Virus record (IMG/VR): IMGVR_UViG_3300045988_002998
DNA: 42,273 nucleotides
Direction: 5' to 3' (one strand)
DNA from: a virus
Shown here: one piece after another, positions 23,475 to 32,155 of the stretch
Layout of the letters: every line of letters begins with the position of its first letter
Numbering within the stretch: position 1 is the first letter of the stretch
Notes under the pieces: model-generated
Database searches by the model: none
Seen by the model: the letters and a program-made list of their open reading frames with translations, nothing else
Told to the model about the DNA's origin: nothing
Made by a program: the position numbers and the translations under genes

Positions 23475-23675
23475 ATGCCTGAAAAATGGACAGGCGTACT
23501 GATCGGGAAAATGCACAATGCGCGTGTTTCATACGACGATCTTGCCGCAGAGCTTGGACTTACAAAAGGCTATCTGTCCATGATTTTGAACGGGAAAAGA
23601 AATCCGCCGGGTGCGAGGAAGCGCTTGGAAGACGCGGTTAAGGCCGTGATCGAACGAAGAAAGGAGGAAAAATGA
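23475..23675 (+). CDS. Cro-like small HTH protein
   Basis: GGAGG 7 nt before ATG 23475; SYDDLAAELGLTKGYLSMILNGKRNP. Confidence 0.6.
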   Translation: MPEKWTGVLIGKMHNARVSYDDLAAELGLTKGYLSMILNGKRNPPGARKRLEDAVKAVIERRKEEK

Positions 23676-23878
23676 CGCTGGACGATATCCGGGCAATGTC
23701 AAAGCCCACAATCCTCGCAAGCGAGGCGGCGCAGGTGCTCGGCTGCGATCCGCAGTGGATCCGCCTAATGGCGCGGGAACGGCCTGAAAAGCTGGGCTTC
23801 CCGGTCTGCTGCACAAGCAAGCACAGAGTGAAGATACCGAGAGAACCATTCATTAAATTTGTTGGAGGAGAGATATGA
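23672..23878 (+). CDS. Excisionase-type / MerR-like small DNA-binding protein
   Basis: 68 aa; ILASEAAQVLGCDPQWIRLMARE...VKIPREPFIKFV pattern of Xis/AlpA-like HTH (recall). Confidence 0.45.
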   Translation: MTLDDIRAMSKPTILASEAAQVLGCDPQWIRLMARERPEKLGFPVCCTSKHRVKIPREPFIKFVGGEI

Positions 23879-24087
23879 GAGAGGAAACCACCGAAGAACG
23901 TCAGGAACGGCTGTGGGACGAGCTGCAGTACCGCAAGACAATGCTGCGCGTGATCAAGAGCATGTGCATGTGGGTTGGCGGCGCGGCGCTGATGCTGTCC
24001 ATGCTGGCTTTCGGGGCGGACATGACGAACGAAGCAGTCGTGACCGGCGCGATTGCACTCGGCTGCACGACGTTCGGGGTGCTGTGA
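23875..24087 (+). CDS. Small membrane protein
   Basis: 70 aa; two hydrophobic segments (MCMWVGGAALMLSMLAF, VVTGAIALGCTTFGVL). Confidence 0.4.
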   Translation: MREETTEERQERLWDELQYRKTMLRVIKSMCMWVGGAALMLSMLAFGADMTNEAVVTGAIALGCTTFGVL

Positions 24088-24272
24088 TGGATGAGATCGG
24101 CAAAGCGGCGCTGACCATGACGCCCTGTGAGATCTGTGCAATGCTCGACGAGAAGCGCTGTTACCGCCCGACTGAGGACGCTTATGGCTGCGGCATTTAT
24201 GCCGAGATCATCTGCGCACAGTGGGACGCGACGTGCAAGCTCATCCGCGAGCGCACAGGCAAAAAGAAATGA
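24087..24272 (+). CDS. Small Cys-rich hypothetical protein
   Basis: 61 aa from ATG 24087 (TGATG overlap with the upstream stop); MDEIGKAALTMTPCEICAMLDEKRCY...; the longer track ORF from 23859 is an overlap artefact. Confidence 0.4.
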   Translation: MDEIGKAALTMTPCEICAMLDEKRCYRPTEDAYGCGIYAEIICAQWDATCKLIRERTGKKK

Positions 24273-24347
24273 CCCCTGCCGCGTTGCAGCGCGACAGAGG
24301 CCGAAAGAAAAACTATGTCGCCCTCATTATAGGGCAGAAAGGAACCT

Positions 24348-24689
24348 ATGTCAAGTTTAACGGATTCCCGCGTCCGGCACGGCGCGAAAGCCTGTGTAGA
24401 CGCAGTTCGGGCCGACTACCCGAAGTTTAACAAGTGTCTGCTCAGTCAATGCGAGGCACCGGAGAAATACGGTGTGCAGCTTGTCCCCGACGCTGCGGCG
24501 GCAATCAAGGCGCTGGACGCGCCAAAGAACCGCGCCGACCGGCGGAAGAAGACAAACCGGTATTACTTCCGCTTGACGGACGAGCAGGCCAAGAAGCTAG
24601 ACAGGCTTCTGGAAAAGCTGGGATATGCCTCGGTTCAGAGTTTCTGTGAAGCGCTGATCCGTCAGGAGGTGAGCCGGAATGGCGTATGA
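24348..24689 (+). CDS. Hypothetical protein (possible RHH-type DNA binding at the C-terminus)
   Basis: 113 aa; RYYFRLTDEQAKKLDRLLEKLGYASVQSFCEALI. Confidence 0.35.
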   Translation: MSSLTDSRVRHGAKACVDAVRADYPKFNKCLLSQCEAPEKYGVQLVPDAAAAIKALDAPKNRADRRKKTNRYYFRLTDEQAKKLDRLLEKLGYASVQSFCEALIRQEVSRNGV

Positions 24690-24813
24690 TGGCGAAAATC
24701 TGTACTTGAGCATTCCGGAGCCGGAGTACGAGCCGGACGAGCCGGAGGACGAAGATCGTTATTTGTTCCCGCCGCTGTGGCTGGTGGGAAAGATGAAACA
24801 GGAGGAAGGATAA
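24679..24813 (+). CDS. Small acidic ORF (44 aa, below the track threshold)
   Basis: GGAGG upstream; MAYDGENLYLSIPEPEYEPDEPEDEDRYLFPPLWLVGKMKQEEG; fills the gap to the next gene. Confidence 0.3.
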   Translation: MAYDGENLYLSIPEPEYEPDEPEDEDRYLFPPLWLVGKMKQEEG

Positions 24814-24814
24814 A

Positions 24815-25774
24815 ATGGCAATCAAGAAACCCGCTGAACTGGATTTCAGCAACAAGAAATTTATGTGCATCATTTCCGGGCAGCCCGGATTGGGCAAGAC
24901 GACGCTGGCCCTTTCGGCACCGAAGCCGTTTCTGTTTGACACGGACAACGGAATCGCCCGCGTCCGCCCGGAGCAGCGCGGCGTGACCTCTGTTGTGGAA
25001 TCCTACGAAGAAATGCTCGGCGATATGGATTCCGACGAGTACAAGGAATCGGAATCCGTCGTGATCGACACCGGCGGTATGCTGGTACAGCTGATGAAGG
25101 ACTGGGCGAAGAAGCAGGATAGCAAAGCTGCAAAGGATGGTCGTGCAATGTATGGCGTGATCAAATCCGAGTTCGACCGGCTGTGTTATCAGATCCGCGC
25201 AAAGGACAGGAAGCACCTGATCGTGGTGTTCCACACGACGGAGCAGCAGAAGGGCGATACCATCCAGACACGCCTGTCCTGTGAGGGCGGCGCAAAGGAT
25301 ATCGTTTGGACGCCTGCCGATTTTGGCGGATACATGTTCATGATGGGCAATAAGCGCATGATCGGCTTTACACCGACGGACGAATACTTTGCAAAGGGCT
25401 GCTTCGGTGTACGCGGTGTGATGCAGCTGCCGGAACTCAAGCCCGGCCAGAAGTCCACATTCCTGACAGACCTGTTCTGCAAGGCGCAGAAGGACATTAA
25501 CGCGCAGGCCGAGATCTATAGCGGCGAGAAAACCGCATATGACGTGGCAATGCAGGAAGGCCGCGCGTTCATTGCGCTTGTCGGAGATCCAGACACGGCG
25601 TTAAAGGCGCGGGAAGGGCTGGCAAAGATTCATCACACTCTGACTAGCGCCGCCGAGCTTGGCGCAGAGTTCAAGCGCAAGTGCAAGGAACTCGGCCTGA
25701 AATACGATAAGGAGAAAAACGCCTATGTACTGGCTGACACAAAGCCTGCTGAGCAGCTGGCAGCACTTTCTTGA
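24815..25774 (+). CDS. Sak4-like / AAA_24 ATPase (recombination)
   Basis: Walker A GQPGLGKT; hydrophobic strand plus D (VVIDTGG); 319 aa. Confidence 0.65.
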   Translation: MAIKKPAELDFSNKKFMCIISGQPGLGKTTLALSAPKPFLFDTDNGIARVRPEQRGVTSVVESYEEMLGDMDSDEYKESESVVIDTGGMLVQLMKDWAKKQDSKAAKDGRAMYGVIKSEFDRLCYQIRAKDRKHLIVVFHTTEQQKGDTIQTRLSCEGGAKDIVWTPADFGGYMFMMGNKRMIGFTPTDEYFAKGCFGVRGVMQLPELKPGQKSTFLTDLFCKAQKDINAQAEIYSGEKTAYDVAMQEGRAFIALVGDPDTALKAREGLAKIHHTLTSAAELGAEFKRKCKELGLKYDKEKNAYVLADTKPAEQLAALS

Positions 25775-26363
25775 TGTAGATGATGCGTATGCGGACACGG
25801 CGCTGATTTCCTTTCTCTCCACACTTCGGCGTGAAGAGAGGGAGACGACCCCAGCTATGCAGGCGGGCATTGATTTCGAAGCGGCGATTAACAGCACGGT
25901 TGCGGGCATACCAGTTGATCCGGTCGGTGAGAAATATGACCGGGCTGTAGCAAAGTTTTCCCGTATCTGTACAGGAGGCCAACCGCAAGTGCCGGTTGCC
26001 GGGCGGCTTCGTGTGGCGGGCTTGGACTTCCAGCTATACGGCGTATGCGACTATGTAAAGGCTGGTGTGATCTACGATATCAAGCGCGTACAACGGTACG
26101 AATACGGAAAGTACCTGCACAGCCCGCAGCATCCGATGTATATGCATCTGCTGCCCGGCGCGTCAAAATTTACATACCTGATCTTCGACGGCGCGAACAC
26201 TTACGCGGAGACGTACCGGCGCGGCGATTTCGAGCCTATCGAAGATACGATCCCCCGCTTTATCAACTGGCTTTTGGCAAATGGATATATCAACGATTAT
26301 TTTACACATTGGGAAATGAACACTGAAAGGATGGAAAAGGTAGATGGGATTCAAAGCTGTTAA
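25725..26363 (+). CDS. PD-(D/E)XK-type nuclease
   Basis: 212 aa; AAGGAG RBS; GVCDYV...VIYDIK arrangement; position after the Sak4-like ATPase. Confidence 0.5.
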   Translation: MYWLTQSLLSSWQHFLDVDDAYADTALISFLSTLRREERETTPAMQAGIDFEAAINSTVAGIPVDPVGEKYDRAVAKFSRICTGGQPQVPVAGRLRVAGLDFQLYGVCDYVKAGVIYDIKRVQRYEYGKYLHSPQHPMYMHLLPGASKFTYLIFDGANTYAETYRRGDFEPIEDTIPRFINWLLANGYINDYFTHWEMNTERMEKVDGIQSC

Positions 26364-26799
26364 AAACGACGGCGGCCTGATGAAGGCTGGCGATTATGAG
26401 TGTTATTTGAAATCGTGCGGTTACGGCGTAACGAAGAACGGAAATGAGTGCATCAAGTTTGATTTCGTCGTCCGTGAGGACGTTGAACAGGAGTACCAGA
26501 AGAAGCACATCTTCAAGCACTTTTGGCCCGACCGCGATACCGGAGAGTATGACGCAGACAAGATCGGCAAATATGCAAACGCGCTTGGCATTGAGCCAGG
26601 CACAGATTTTGAACTTGACGATCTGGTAGGCCGCAACTGCATTTTGCACATGGAGCCGTTTGAGGGCAATGACGGTGTGACGCGCGACTGTATCCGGTAT
26701 CTCAAGCCCAGCAAGGCAGAATCTTTTGTGACAGCTGCACCTTCCAGCTCGGAGGATTTCAAACAGCTTGACGAAAGCGACGACGAACTGCCGTTCTGA
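26344..26799 (+). CDS. Single-stranded DNA-binding protein (DUF669-type by recall)
   Basis: 151 aa; acidic C-terminal tip DESDDELPF, typical of an SSB tail. Confidence 0.55.
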   Translation: MGFKAVKNDGGLMKAGDYECYLKSCGYGVTKNGNECIKFDFVVREDVEQEYQKKHIFKHFWPDRDTGEYDADKIGKYANALGIEPGTDFELDDLVGRNCILHMEPFEGNDGVTRDCIRYLKPSKAESFVTAAPSSSEDFKQLDESDDELPF

Positions 26800-26809
26800 G
26801 GGCTGAAAT

Positions 26810-27652
26810 ATGCCGAACAGAATTATTCGTGAAAGCATCTGCACAAGCGATAGCGTCGACAAACTCTCGTGGTTTGAGGAAGTTCTGTTTTATCGGCTCA
26901 TTGTAAACTGTGATGATTTCGGACGCTTTGACGGGAGAGCGGCGGTAGTGAAAAACCGCCTCTTCCCGCTGAAAGAAAACCTCACGCTCAAAACTGTAGA
27001 AAATGCTCTTCATGGGCTGGCGAGTGCTGGATTGATTGCTCTGTATGTGTTTGAGGGCAAGCGCTTCCTCTACCTACCAACATGGGGCAAGTATCAGACG
27101 CAGCGTGCGAAGGTAAGCAAATTCCCGTCGCCTGATGACGGGAAACAAGCGGATGAAATCATTTGCAAGCAAATGCATGCAGATGTTCCCGTATTCGAGA
27201 ATCGAGAATCGAGAATCGAATTCGCTATTCGAGATGCGGAAGATAGCGCGGAGCCGCAAGCGGCATCCACGCCGCCAGCAATCTCTCTGCCGCTGAATGA
27301 TGGAACGGAATATTCCGTTTCCGTGGAGCAATGCCAGGAATGGGCGGGCTTGTACCCTGCTGTCGACGTGATACAGCAGCTGCGGAACATGAGGGGCTGG
27401 TTGGACGCAAATCCGGCCAAGCGGAAGACAAAACGCGGGATCAATGCGTTTATCGTCCGCTGGCTGGCAAAAGAACAGGACAAGGGCGGAACACAGCCTG
27501 CACAGTACAGCCGCGCTGCAAAGCCCGGCTACGGCGTGCAGGGGCCTATATCGAAGGGCGCTGCTCGGATGCAGCATGGCGTACAGCGCCACGGGGATGA
27601 GTTGGACACGATCCAGCAAGCGGCAATAGACCGAATGCTTGCGGAAAACTAG
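26810..27652 (+). CDS. Replisome organizer / replication initiator
   Basis: N-terminus IRESICTSDSVDKLSWFEEVLFYRLIVNCDDFGRFDGR matches the phage replisome organizer N-terminal region (recall); contains internal iterons. Confidence 0.7.
   Translation: MPNRIIRESICTSDSVDKLSWFEEVLFYRLIVNCDDFGRFDGRAAVVKNRLFPLKENLTLKTVENALHGLASAGLIALYVFEGKRFLYLPTWGKYQTQRAKVSKFPSPDDGKQADEIICKQMHADVPVFENRESRIEFAIRDAEDSAEPQAASTPPAISLPLNDGTEYSVSVEQCQEWAGLYPAVDVIQQLRNMRGWLDANPAKRKTKRGINAFIVRWLAKEQDKGGTQPAQYSRAAKPGYGVQGPISKGAARMQHGVQRHGDELDTIQQAAIDRMLAEN
27193..27235. repeat. Iteron-like short tandem repeats inside the replisome organizer gene (ori candidate)
   Basis: attcgagaatcgagaatcgagaatcgaattcgctattcgagat: TCGAGAA x3, then TCGAATTCG and TTCGAGA. 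Confidence 0.45.
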
Positions 27653-27673
27653 ATGGGAATAGGAGAAAAGGAA

Positions 27674-28171
27674 ATGAGTAAACCCAAATACATGAAAGGC
27701 GATTGCATTCGATCACTGGACGATTTGGTGCTGCAAGAAAATATCTATTGGAACGGGAGAATTTGGAATCGAAAGTGGTTCATGAACCTTCAGATTCAAA
27801 CGCTTTTGTCTCTAATCAAGCACAAGGCACTACAGTACGCTGTGAGGCGGGACGGCAGCACAATGGGAGAGTTTGTCGAGCCGGTGTTATGGCATAAACT
27901 CAACGAGCGCCCACTGACGGATGCGGAAAAATCTGAATTTTCCGAGCATGGCTATTCGGATTTTGAAATCCCGGAGTATATGTTCGACTGCCCTATGCCT
28001 GATGATGAGCAGGAAATCCTAGTCGCAACCGAGTGGGGAGTGGACAAGGATGTGTGCTGCGCCGATACAGACGATTGGGGAAACCATTCGTTTGGATTGG
28101 AGGAACGCGGAGATTGGGACGACGTGATCGCGTGGGCGGAAATGCCGAAGTACGATTCGGAGGGGAAATGA
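27674..28171 (+). CDS. Hypothetical protein
   Basis: AGGAG 8 nt before ATG 27674 (track start 27653 possible); acidic C-terminal half. Confidence 0.45.
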   Translation: MSKPKYMKGDCIRSLDDLVLQENIYWNGRIWNRKWFMNLQIQTLLSLIKHKALQYAVRRDGSTMGEFVEPVLWHKLNERPLTDAEKSEFSEHGYSDFEIPEYMFDCPMPDDEQEILVATEWGVDKDVCCADTDDWGNHSFGLEERGDWDDVIAWAEMPKYDSEGK

Positions 28172-28243
28172 AATGGATTTAGAACAAACCATGGAGGACG
28201 GCGTTTTGCCGGGACAAATGGTTCTTGAAGGAATGGAGGATAT

Positions 28244-28633
28244 ATGACAGACAAGGAAATCGTGCGGGCGCTGCGTATCTGCGCGACGCATATAGAGAAG
28301 GGTTGCGGGCTTTGTCCACAAATGAAGTATGTGCGTTGCACGGAGCGGCTGGCGGATGAAGCTATAACCATGATCGAGCGCCTGACCGCCGAGAACGCGG
28401 CGCTGCGGGAGAAGGGGCCGCGGTGGATCAGCGTGGAGGATGGGCCGCCGGAGGCGTGGAAAAACGAAGAAGACAATACGCTTATAAATTACATGATTTA
28501 TAGCCCGTACTTTGGCGTTGATATTGGCAATTATCACAAAGAGGCCGGGACGTGGCTGTGCATGGCCTTGCCGTGCACCGTCACCCACTGGATGCCGATG
28601 CCGGGAGCACAGGGGGAAGGAGACAAGGCATGA
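28244..28633 (+). CDS. DUF551-like protein
   Basis: 129 aa; GGAGG RBS; C-terminal VTHWMPMPGA resembles the DUF551 THWMPLP motif (recall). Confidence 0.45.
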   Translation: MTDKEIVRALRICATHIEKGCGLCPQMKYVRCTERLADEAITMIERLTAENAALREKGPRWISVEDGPPEAWKNEEDNTLINYMIYSPYFGVDIGNYHKEAGTWLCMALPCTVTHWMPMPGAQGEGDKA

Positions 28634-28692
28634 AAGTGTACATAGCCGGTAAAATCGCTGGCGATCCGGATTACCGGGAGAAATGGCAATAA
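28630..28692 (+). pseudogene. 20-codon remnant of a DUF4406 / nucleoside deoxyribosyltransferase-like gene
   Basis: MKVYIAGKIAGDPDYREKWQ then stop. It matches only the conserved N-terminus (MKVYIAGPI.GD.NYRE.F) of ~100-aa proteins (recall). Confidence 0.4.
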
Positions 28693-28695
28693 CCT

Positions 28696-29160
28696 ATGGC
28701 TTATAAGAACATTGAGGACAGGCGCACGTATCATCGGGAATATATGCGCGAATACCGTAAGTGGTTATCAAATCATCATTTTTGCGCAGAGTGCAAAAAG
28801 CAGGACGCCTATACACTGGCAGGCCGCTACCGATGCTTTGAGTGCACAGAAAAGCGGCGAAAAACGGAGTGGGAAGCGGTTGAAATTGAGACGAAGGACA
28901 TGCAGCCGCCACCAATCCCAAGGGAAGAATGGGTGGCCCATGGACTGTGTGCAAAATGCGGGAAAAGGCAAATTGCAAATATTGATCTTGCTTGGGAATT
29001 GAGAAAAACAAGGCTATGCGAAGAATGCTACAAGAAAGCATCCACCCAGGCAAAAGCGATGGCTGCAAAACACAAGGCGGATTTTACCGGACGGAATAGA
29101 GATGTGGAACTATCAGTGAGGCTTGCATTATGGGAACGCGGGATAAAACCGAGAAATTGA
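28696..29160 (+). CDS. Zinc-ribbon protein (four CxxC pairs), function unknown
   Basis: CAEC...CFEC and CAKC...CEEC; 154 aa. Confidence 0.45.
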   Translation: MAYKNIEDRRTYHREYMREYRKWLSNHHFCAECKKQDAYTLAGRYRCFECTEKRRKTEWEAVEIETKDMQPPPIPREEWVAHGLCAKCGKRQIANIDLAWELRKTRLCEECYKKASTQAKAMAAKHKADFTGRNRDVELSVRLALWERGIKPRN

Positions 29161-29570
29161 TTAAAAGCCGTGAGCGCAAAAAGAAGTTCGGTGAAGTGTT
29201 TACCCCTTCATGGATAGTGAAGAAAATGTGTGACCTGCTGGACGAAGAAAATGACGGGCATGCCTTTGACATCGAAAAGACGTTCATAGAGCCTTGCGGC
29301 GGGACTGGAAACTTTGCGGTAGAGATCATCGGAAGGAAACTTGCAAAGTGCAGGACGACGGAGGATGTTCGGACGGCGGTCGCGTCGTATTACACCGTCG
29401 AAATACAAGCTGACAATGTGCAGGAGTGCCGCGCAAGAGTGGAATCTCTGGTGCACGAGACTTGGCCGGACGTCCCGGTGATGGATATTTTGGAACGGAA
29501 TATCGTACAAGGCGACTTTTTGCACCCAAATGGAATTTGGTTTATGGAGGAAGGAGACAAGCATGAGTAA
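29130..29570 (+). CDS. N6-adenine-MTase-like SAM-binding half lacking catalytic motif IV
   Basis: FGEVFTP (motif X), IEPCGGTGNF (motif I), VQGDFL (motif III-like), but the ORF ends 13 aa later with no (N/D)PP(Y/W). Alternative TTG start at 29157 is coupled to the upstream TGA. Confidence 0.5.
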   Translation: MGTRDKTEKLIKSRERKKKFGEVFTPSWIVKKMCDLLDEENDGHAFDIEKTFIEPCGGTGNFAVEIIGRKLAKCRTTEDVRTAVASYYTVEIQADNVQECRARVESLVHETWPDVPVMDILERNIVQGDFLHPNGIWFMEEGDKHE

Positions 29571-29991
29571 AGCTGTACTTATCAGCATCCGCCCGAAGTG
29601 GTGCGAGAAGATCATAAGCGGAGAGAAAACAATCGAGGTACGCAAGACGCGCCCGAAGATGGATACGCCGTTTAAGTGCTACATCTACAAATGCGGAAAC
29701 GGCAAAGTCATCGGGGAATTTCTGTGCGATCAGATCATCGAAGATCGCACGTATGGGCACAATGAAGAATTTTACAGAGCAGCCCGCATGAGCGCATACG
29801 ATGCGGCGGCATATGCAATGCAGTCGCCGATGTATGGCTGGCACATCTCAGATTTGCGCGTTTACGATCACCCGCACGATCTGTGGGAGTTTACCGGCCT
29901 GCGGGAGACAAAATACGGACTTGCGCCCGGGCCAATCACCCGCCCGCCGCAGAGCTGGCGGTATGTGGAGGAAGAGACATGGAACGACTGA
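29563..29991 (+). CDS. ASCH (PUA-like) domain protein
   Basis: AAGGAG RBS before ATG 29563; ISIRPKWCEKIISGEKTIEVRKTRP. Confidence 0.6.
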   Translation: MSKAVLISIRPKWCEKIISGEKTIEVRKTRPKMDTPFKCYIYKCGNGKVIGEFLCDQIIEDRTYGHNEEFYRAARMSAYDAAAYAMQSPMYGWHISDLRVYDHPHDLWEFTGLRETKYGLAPGPITRPPQSWRYVEEETWND

Positions 29992-30560
29992 CAAGTCCTA
30001 ATATCAACGTAGACCCGGGCACCGACCGATTTCTGCACGCCACGATCGGCGGCAAGGAAATCGACTGGAAGCAGAGCCGGGACAGCACGCTCAACGTTCT
30101 GATCAACGGCCCAACGAGCAACGGCTTTGGCAAGGATATTTTCCGCAAGATGGCCCGCGATCTGTACGGACGGCTGAAAGCCTACGAGGACACGGGGATG
30201 ACACCGGAGCAGGCGGCAAACGCCAAGACTATCATCGAATCCGCATTTGCGGAAGACACATCGAAAGCCGAACGAATCAGAAAACTGCTGGCAGCCGACA
30301 AGGACGGGCGCATAGTCGTGCTGCCGTGCAAGGTGGGCCAGCGGGTGTTCGCCTTGTTGGACACGGATAAGCATATAAGCGAGTGCGAGGTCAAGCAGAT
30401 TGGTATGGGCAATGAAATCGGCTTTATTGGCCTTGAGCCAATAGGCGCCAGAGGGCGGGAGTATGGCGTAGCGCTAAACGGATTTGGTAAGACCGTATTT
30501 CTCACCTGCGAGGAGGCCGAAAAGGCGCTGGAAGAAAGGGAGGGCAAGAAGGATGGTTGA
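29979..30560 (+). CDS. Hypothetical protein
   Basis: GGAGGAAG RBS before ATG 29979; 193 aa. Confidence 0.45.
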   Translation: MERLTSPNINVDPGTDRFLHATIGGKEIDWKQSRDSTLNVLINGPTSNGFGKDIFRKMARDLYGRLKAYEDTGMTPEQAANAKTIIESAFAEDTSKAERIRKLLAADKDGRIVVLPCKVGQRVFALLDTDKHISECEVKQIGMGNEIGFIGLEPIGARGREYGVALNGFGKTVFLTCEEAEKALEEREGKKDG

Positions 30561-30777
30561 AAACCGTGTGTGCTTTACCGTCCGAGGAGAGTTCGGAGCG
30601 CAGATGAGCTTCGAGGCAAAAAACACAATCCCGTATGAAGATCTGTGCAAGTGCGTCAACAAGGATACGTTGGTTGAACTGATGTGCCTTGACGTAGCCG
30701 GCTATACCGGCGACGATATTCAGTTCATCACGCCGGAAGAATATGACGAGCGCTTTGGAGATGACGAAGATGGCTGA
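30553..30777 (+). CDS. Small hypothetical protein
   Basis: 74 aa from ATG 30553; acidic C-terminus. Confidence 0.4.
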   Translation: MVENRVCFTVRGEFGAQMSFEAKNTIPYEDLCKCVNKDTLVELMCLDVAGYTGDDIQFITPEEYDERFGDDEDG

Positions 30778-31045
30778 GGAATACATCAGCCGCGAGGCGG
30801 CGGTGAAAGACTTTGAATCCTGCAACGCGGAAAATCCGCGCTGGACACCGCAGCGGGTGAAAACGCTCCTGCTGCGTCAGCCCGCCGCCGACGTTGCGGA
30901 GGTGGTGCGGTGCAAGGACTGCAGGTACAGTAAGTATGCAGCGTGGTGCGAGGGATATGCGTGCTGCAGAACAGTTGGCGAGTATCATCACGCAGATTTT
31001 GGATGCACCGCCGGAGAACTGCAAACAAACGGAGTTACAGAATGA
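30770..31045 (+). CDS. Small Cys-rich hypothetical protein
   Basis: 91 aa from ATG 30770; VVRCKDCRYSKYAAWCEGYACC. Confidence 0.4.
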   Translation: MAEEYISREAAVKDFESCNAENPRWTPQRVKTLLLRQPAADVAEVVRCKDCRYSKYAAWCEGYACCRTVGEYHHADFGCTAGELQTNGVTE

Positions 31046-31135
31046 GCGGACTGCGGTTCGCGCGCGGTAGTGCGAAAGGAGGAAGGTTCCGGTTTGAAGA
31101 AAGAAGCCTTAAGGATATTTCGGGAGGAGGCACAA

Positions 31136-31528
31136 ATGAACAAACCAACGAATGCGGTTGAGATGCGGGAGCTGCTGCTGGATTACATTGACGCGCTGCT
31201 CTTGGGCGGGATCCCGAAAGTGGAGCTTGACCCGCCGAAGGAGGAAGCGGACATCGAAAAAACGGCTGTGGAGCTGGCGGAGCTGGCAAAGAAGGCGGAG
31301 AGCCTGCACACGGATGAATACCGGCTGCTGCTGGATGGAATATCCATCCTGTACGGCGAAAACCGGGGAACTGCGACGGAGCGCTGCTATGCGCTGTTCT
31401 GGCAGGTGCAGCAGATGCAGTCTGTTTCCGGGCAGCTTGAAAAATGCTTTGGGATGCTGCGGATGCTGGACTATGTAACAAATAAGACCAGGATGAGTCT
31501 TTGGCCGTCTGCTGCACCCGGGACTTAG
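31136..31528 (+). CDS. Hypothetical helical protein
   Basis: GGAGGAGG RBS before ATG 31136; 130 aa. Confidence 0.45.
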   Translation: MNKPTNAVEMRELLLDYIDALLLGGIPKVELDPPKEEADIEKTAVELAELAKKAESLHTDEYRLLLDGISILYGENRGTATERCYALFWQVQQMQSVSGQLEKCFGMLRMLDYVTNKTRMSLWPSAAPGT

Positions 31529-31537
31529 GAGGGCAAC

Positions 31538-32155
31538 ATGAACACTAAAATTTTGAAAATCAAGGGCGACTGGCAGGAGGTCGTGGACACCTGCCGCGCC
31601 ACTTCCGGAAAAGGGCCGCTCGGGCATGAGCCAAGCAAGGAGTTCAAGCGGCGGATCCTGATCGCTGAGCACTCGCCCATCCGCCGGATTTCGGTATCGT
31701 GGATATGGGAGGGGGTCAAAAGCTGGATCGCTACGCACTGGAGCCGCCATAAGTGGGAGTGCTTTATCTCTACGCAGAGAACAGACCGAACCGGAACGCC
31801 GAGGGACAAGCTCCAGCAGGACGCGCCGGTGATCTTCGAGGGAGAAGCGAACGTACAAGCCCTGATCGATTCCATGCGCAAGCGGTTATGCCGTCAGGCA
31901 GACCCGGAGACGCGCGCGTATGCCGAGGATTTCAAAGCGGCGCTGCATGAGATTCAGCCGGAGATCTCGGACGTGTTGGTGCCAAACTGCATTTACCGGT
32001 GCGGATGCCCGGAGATGCAGACCTGCGGGATGTATGAGAGCTGGTCCCGCCTTCGACCGGAAGTCATGAGTACCTACATCCAACACCGATACGACATCTA
32101 CAACAGTATGTTTTGGAAAGCGAGGGAAAAACGTGGGAACGATACTGGCGGTTGA
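31538..32155 (+). CDS. ThyX-like (flavin-dependent thymidylate synthase fold) protein, divergent
   Basis: AEHSPIRRISVSW...THWSRHKWECFISTQRTDR resembles the ThyX EH...RHR...SxR pattern, but reads RHK rather than RHR (recall). Confidence 0.4.
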   Translation: MNTKILKIKGDWQEVVDTCRATSGKGPLGHEPSKEFKRRILIAEHSPIRRISVSWIWEGVKSWIATHWSRHKWECFISTQRTDRTGTPRDKLQQDAPVIFEGEANVQALIDSMRKRLCRQADPETRAYAEDFKAALHEIQPEISDVLVPNCIYRCGCPEMQTCGMYESWSRLRPEVMSTYIQHRYDIYNSMFWKAREKRGNDTGG

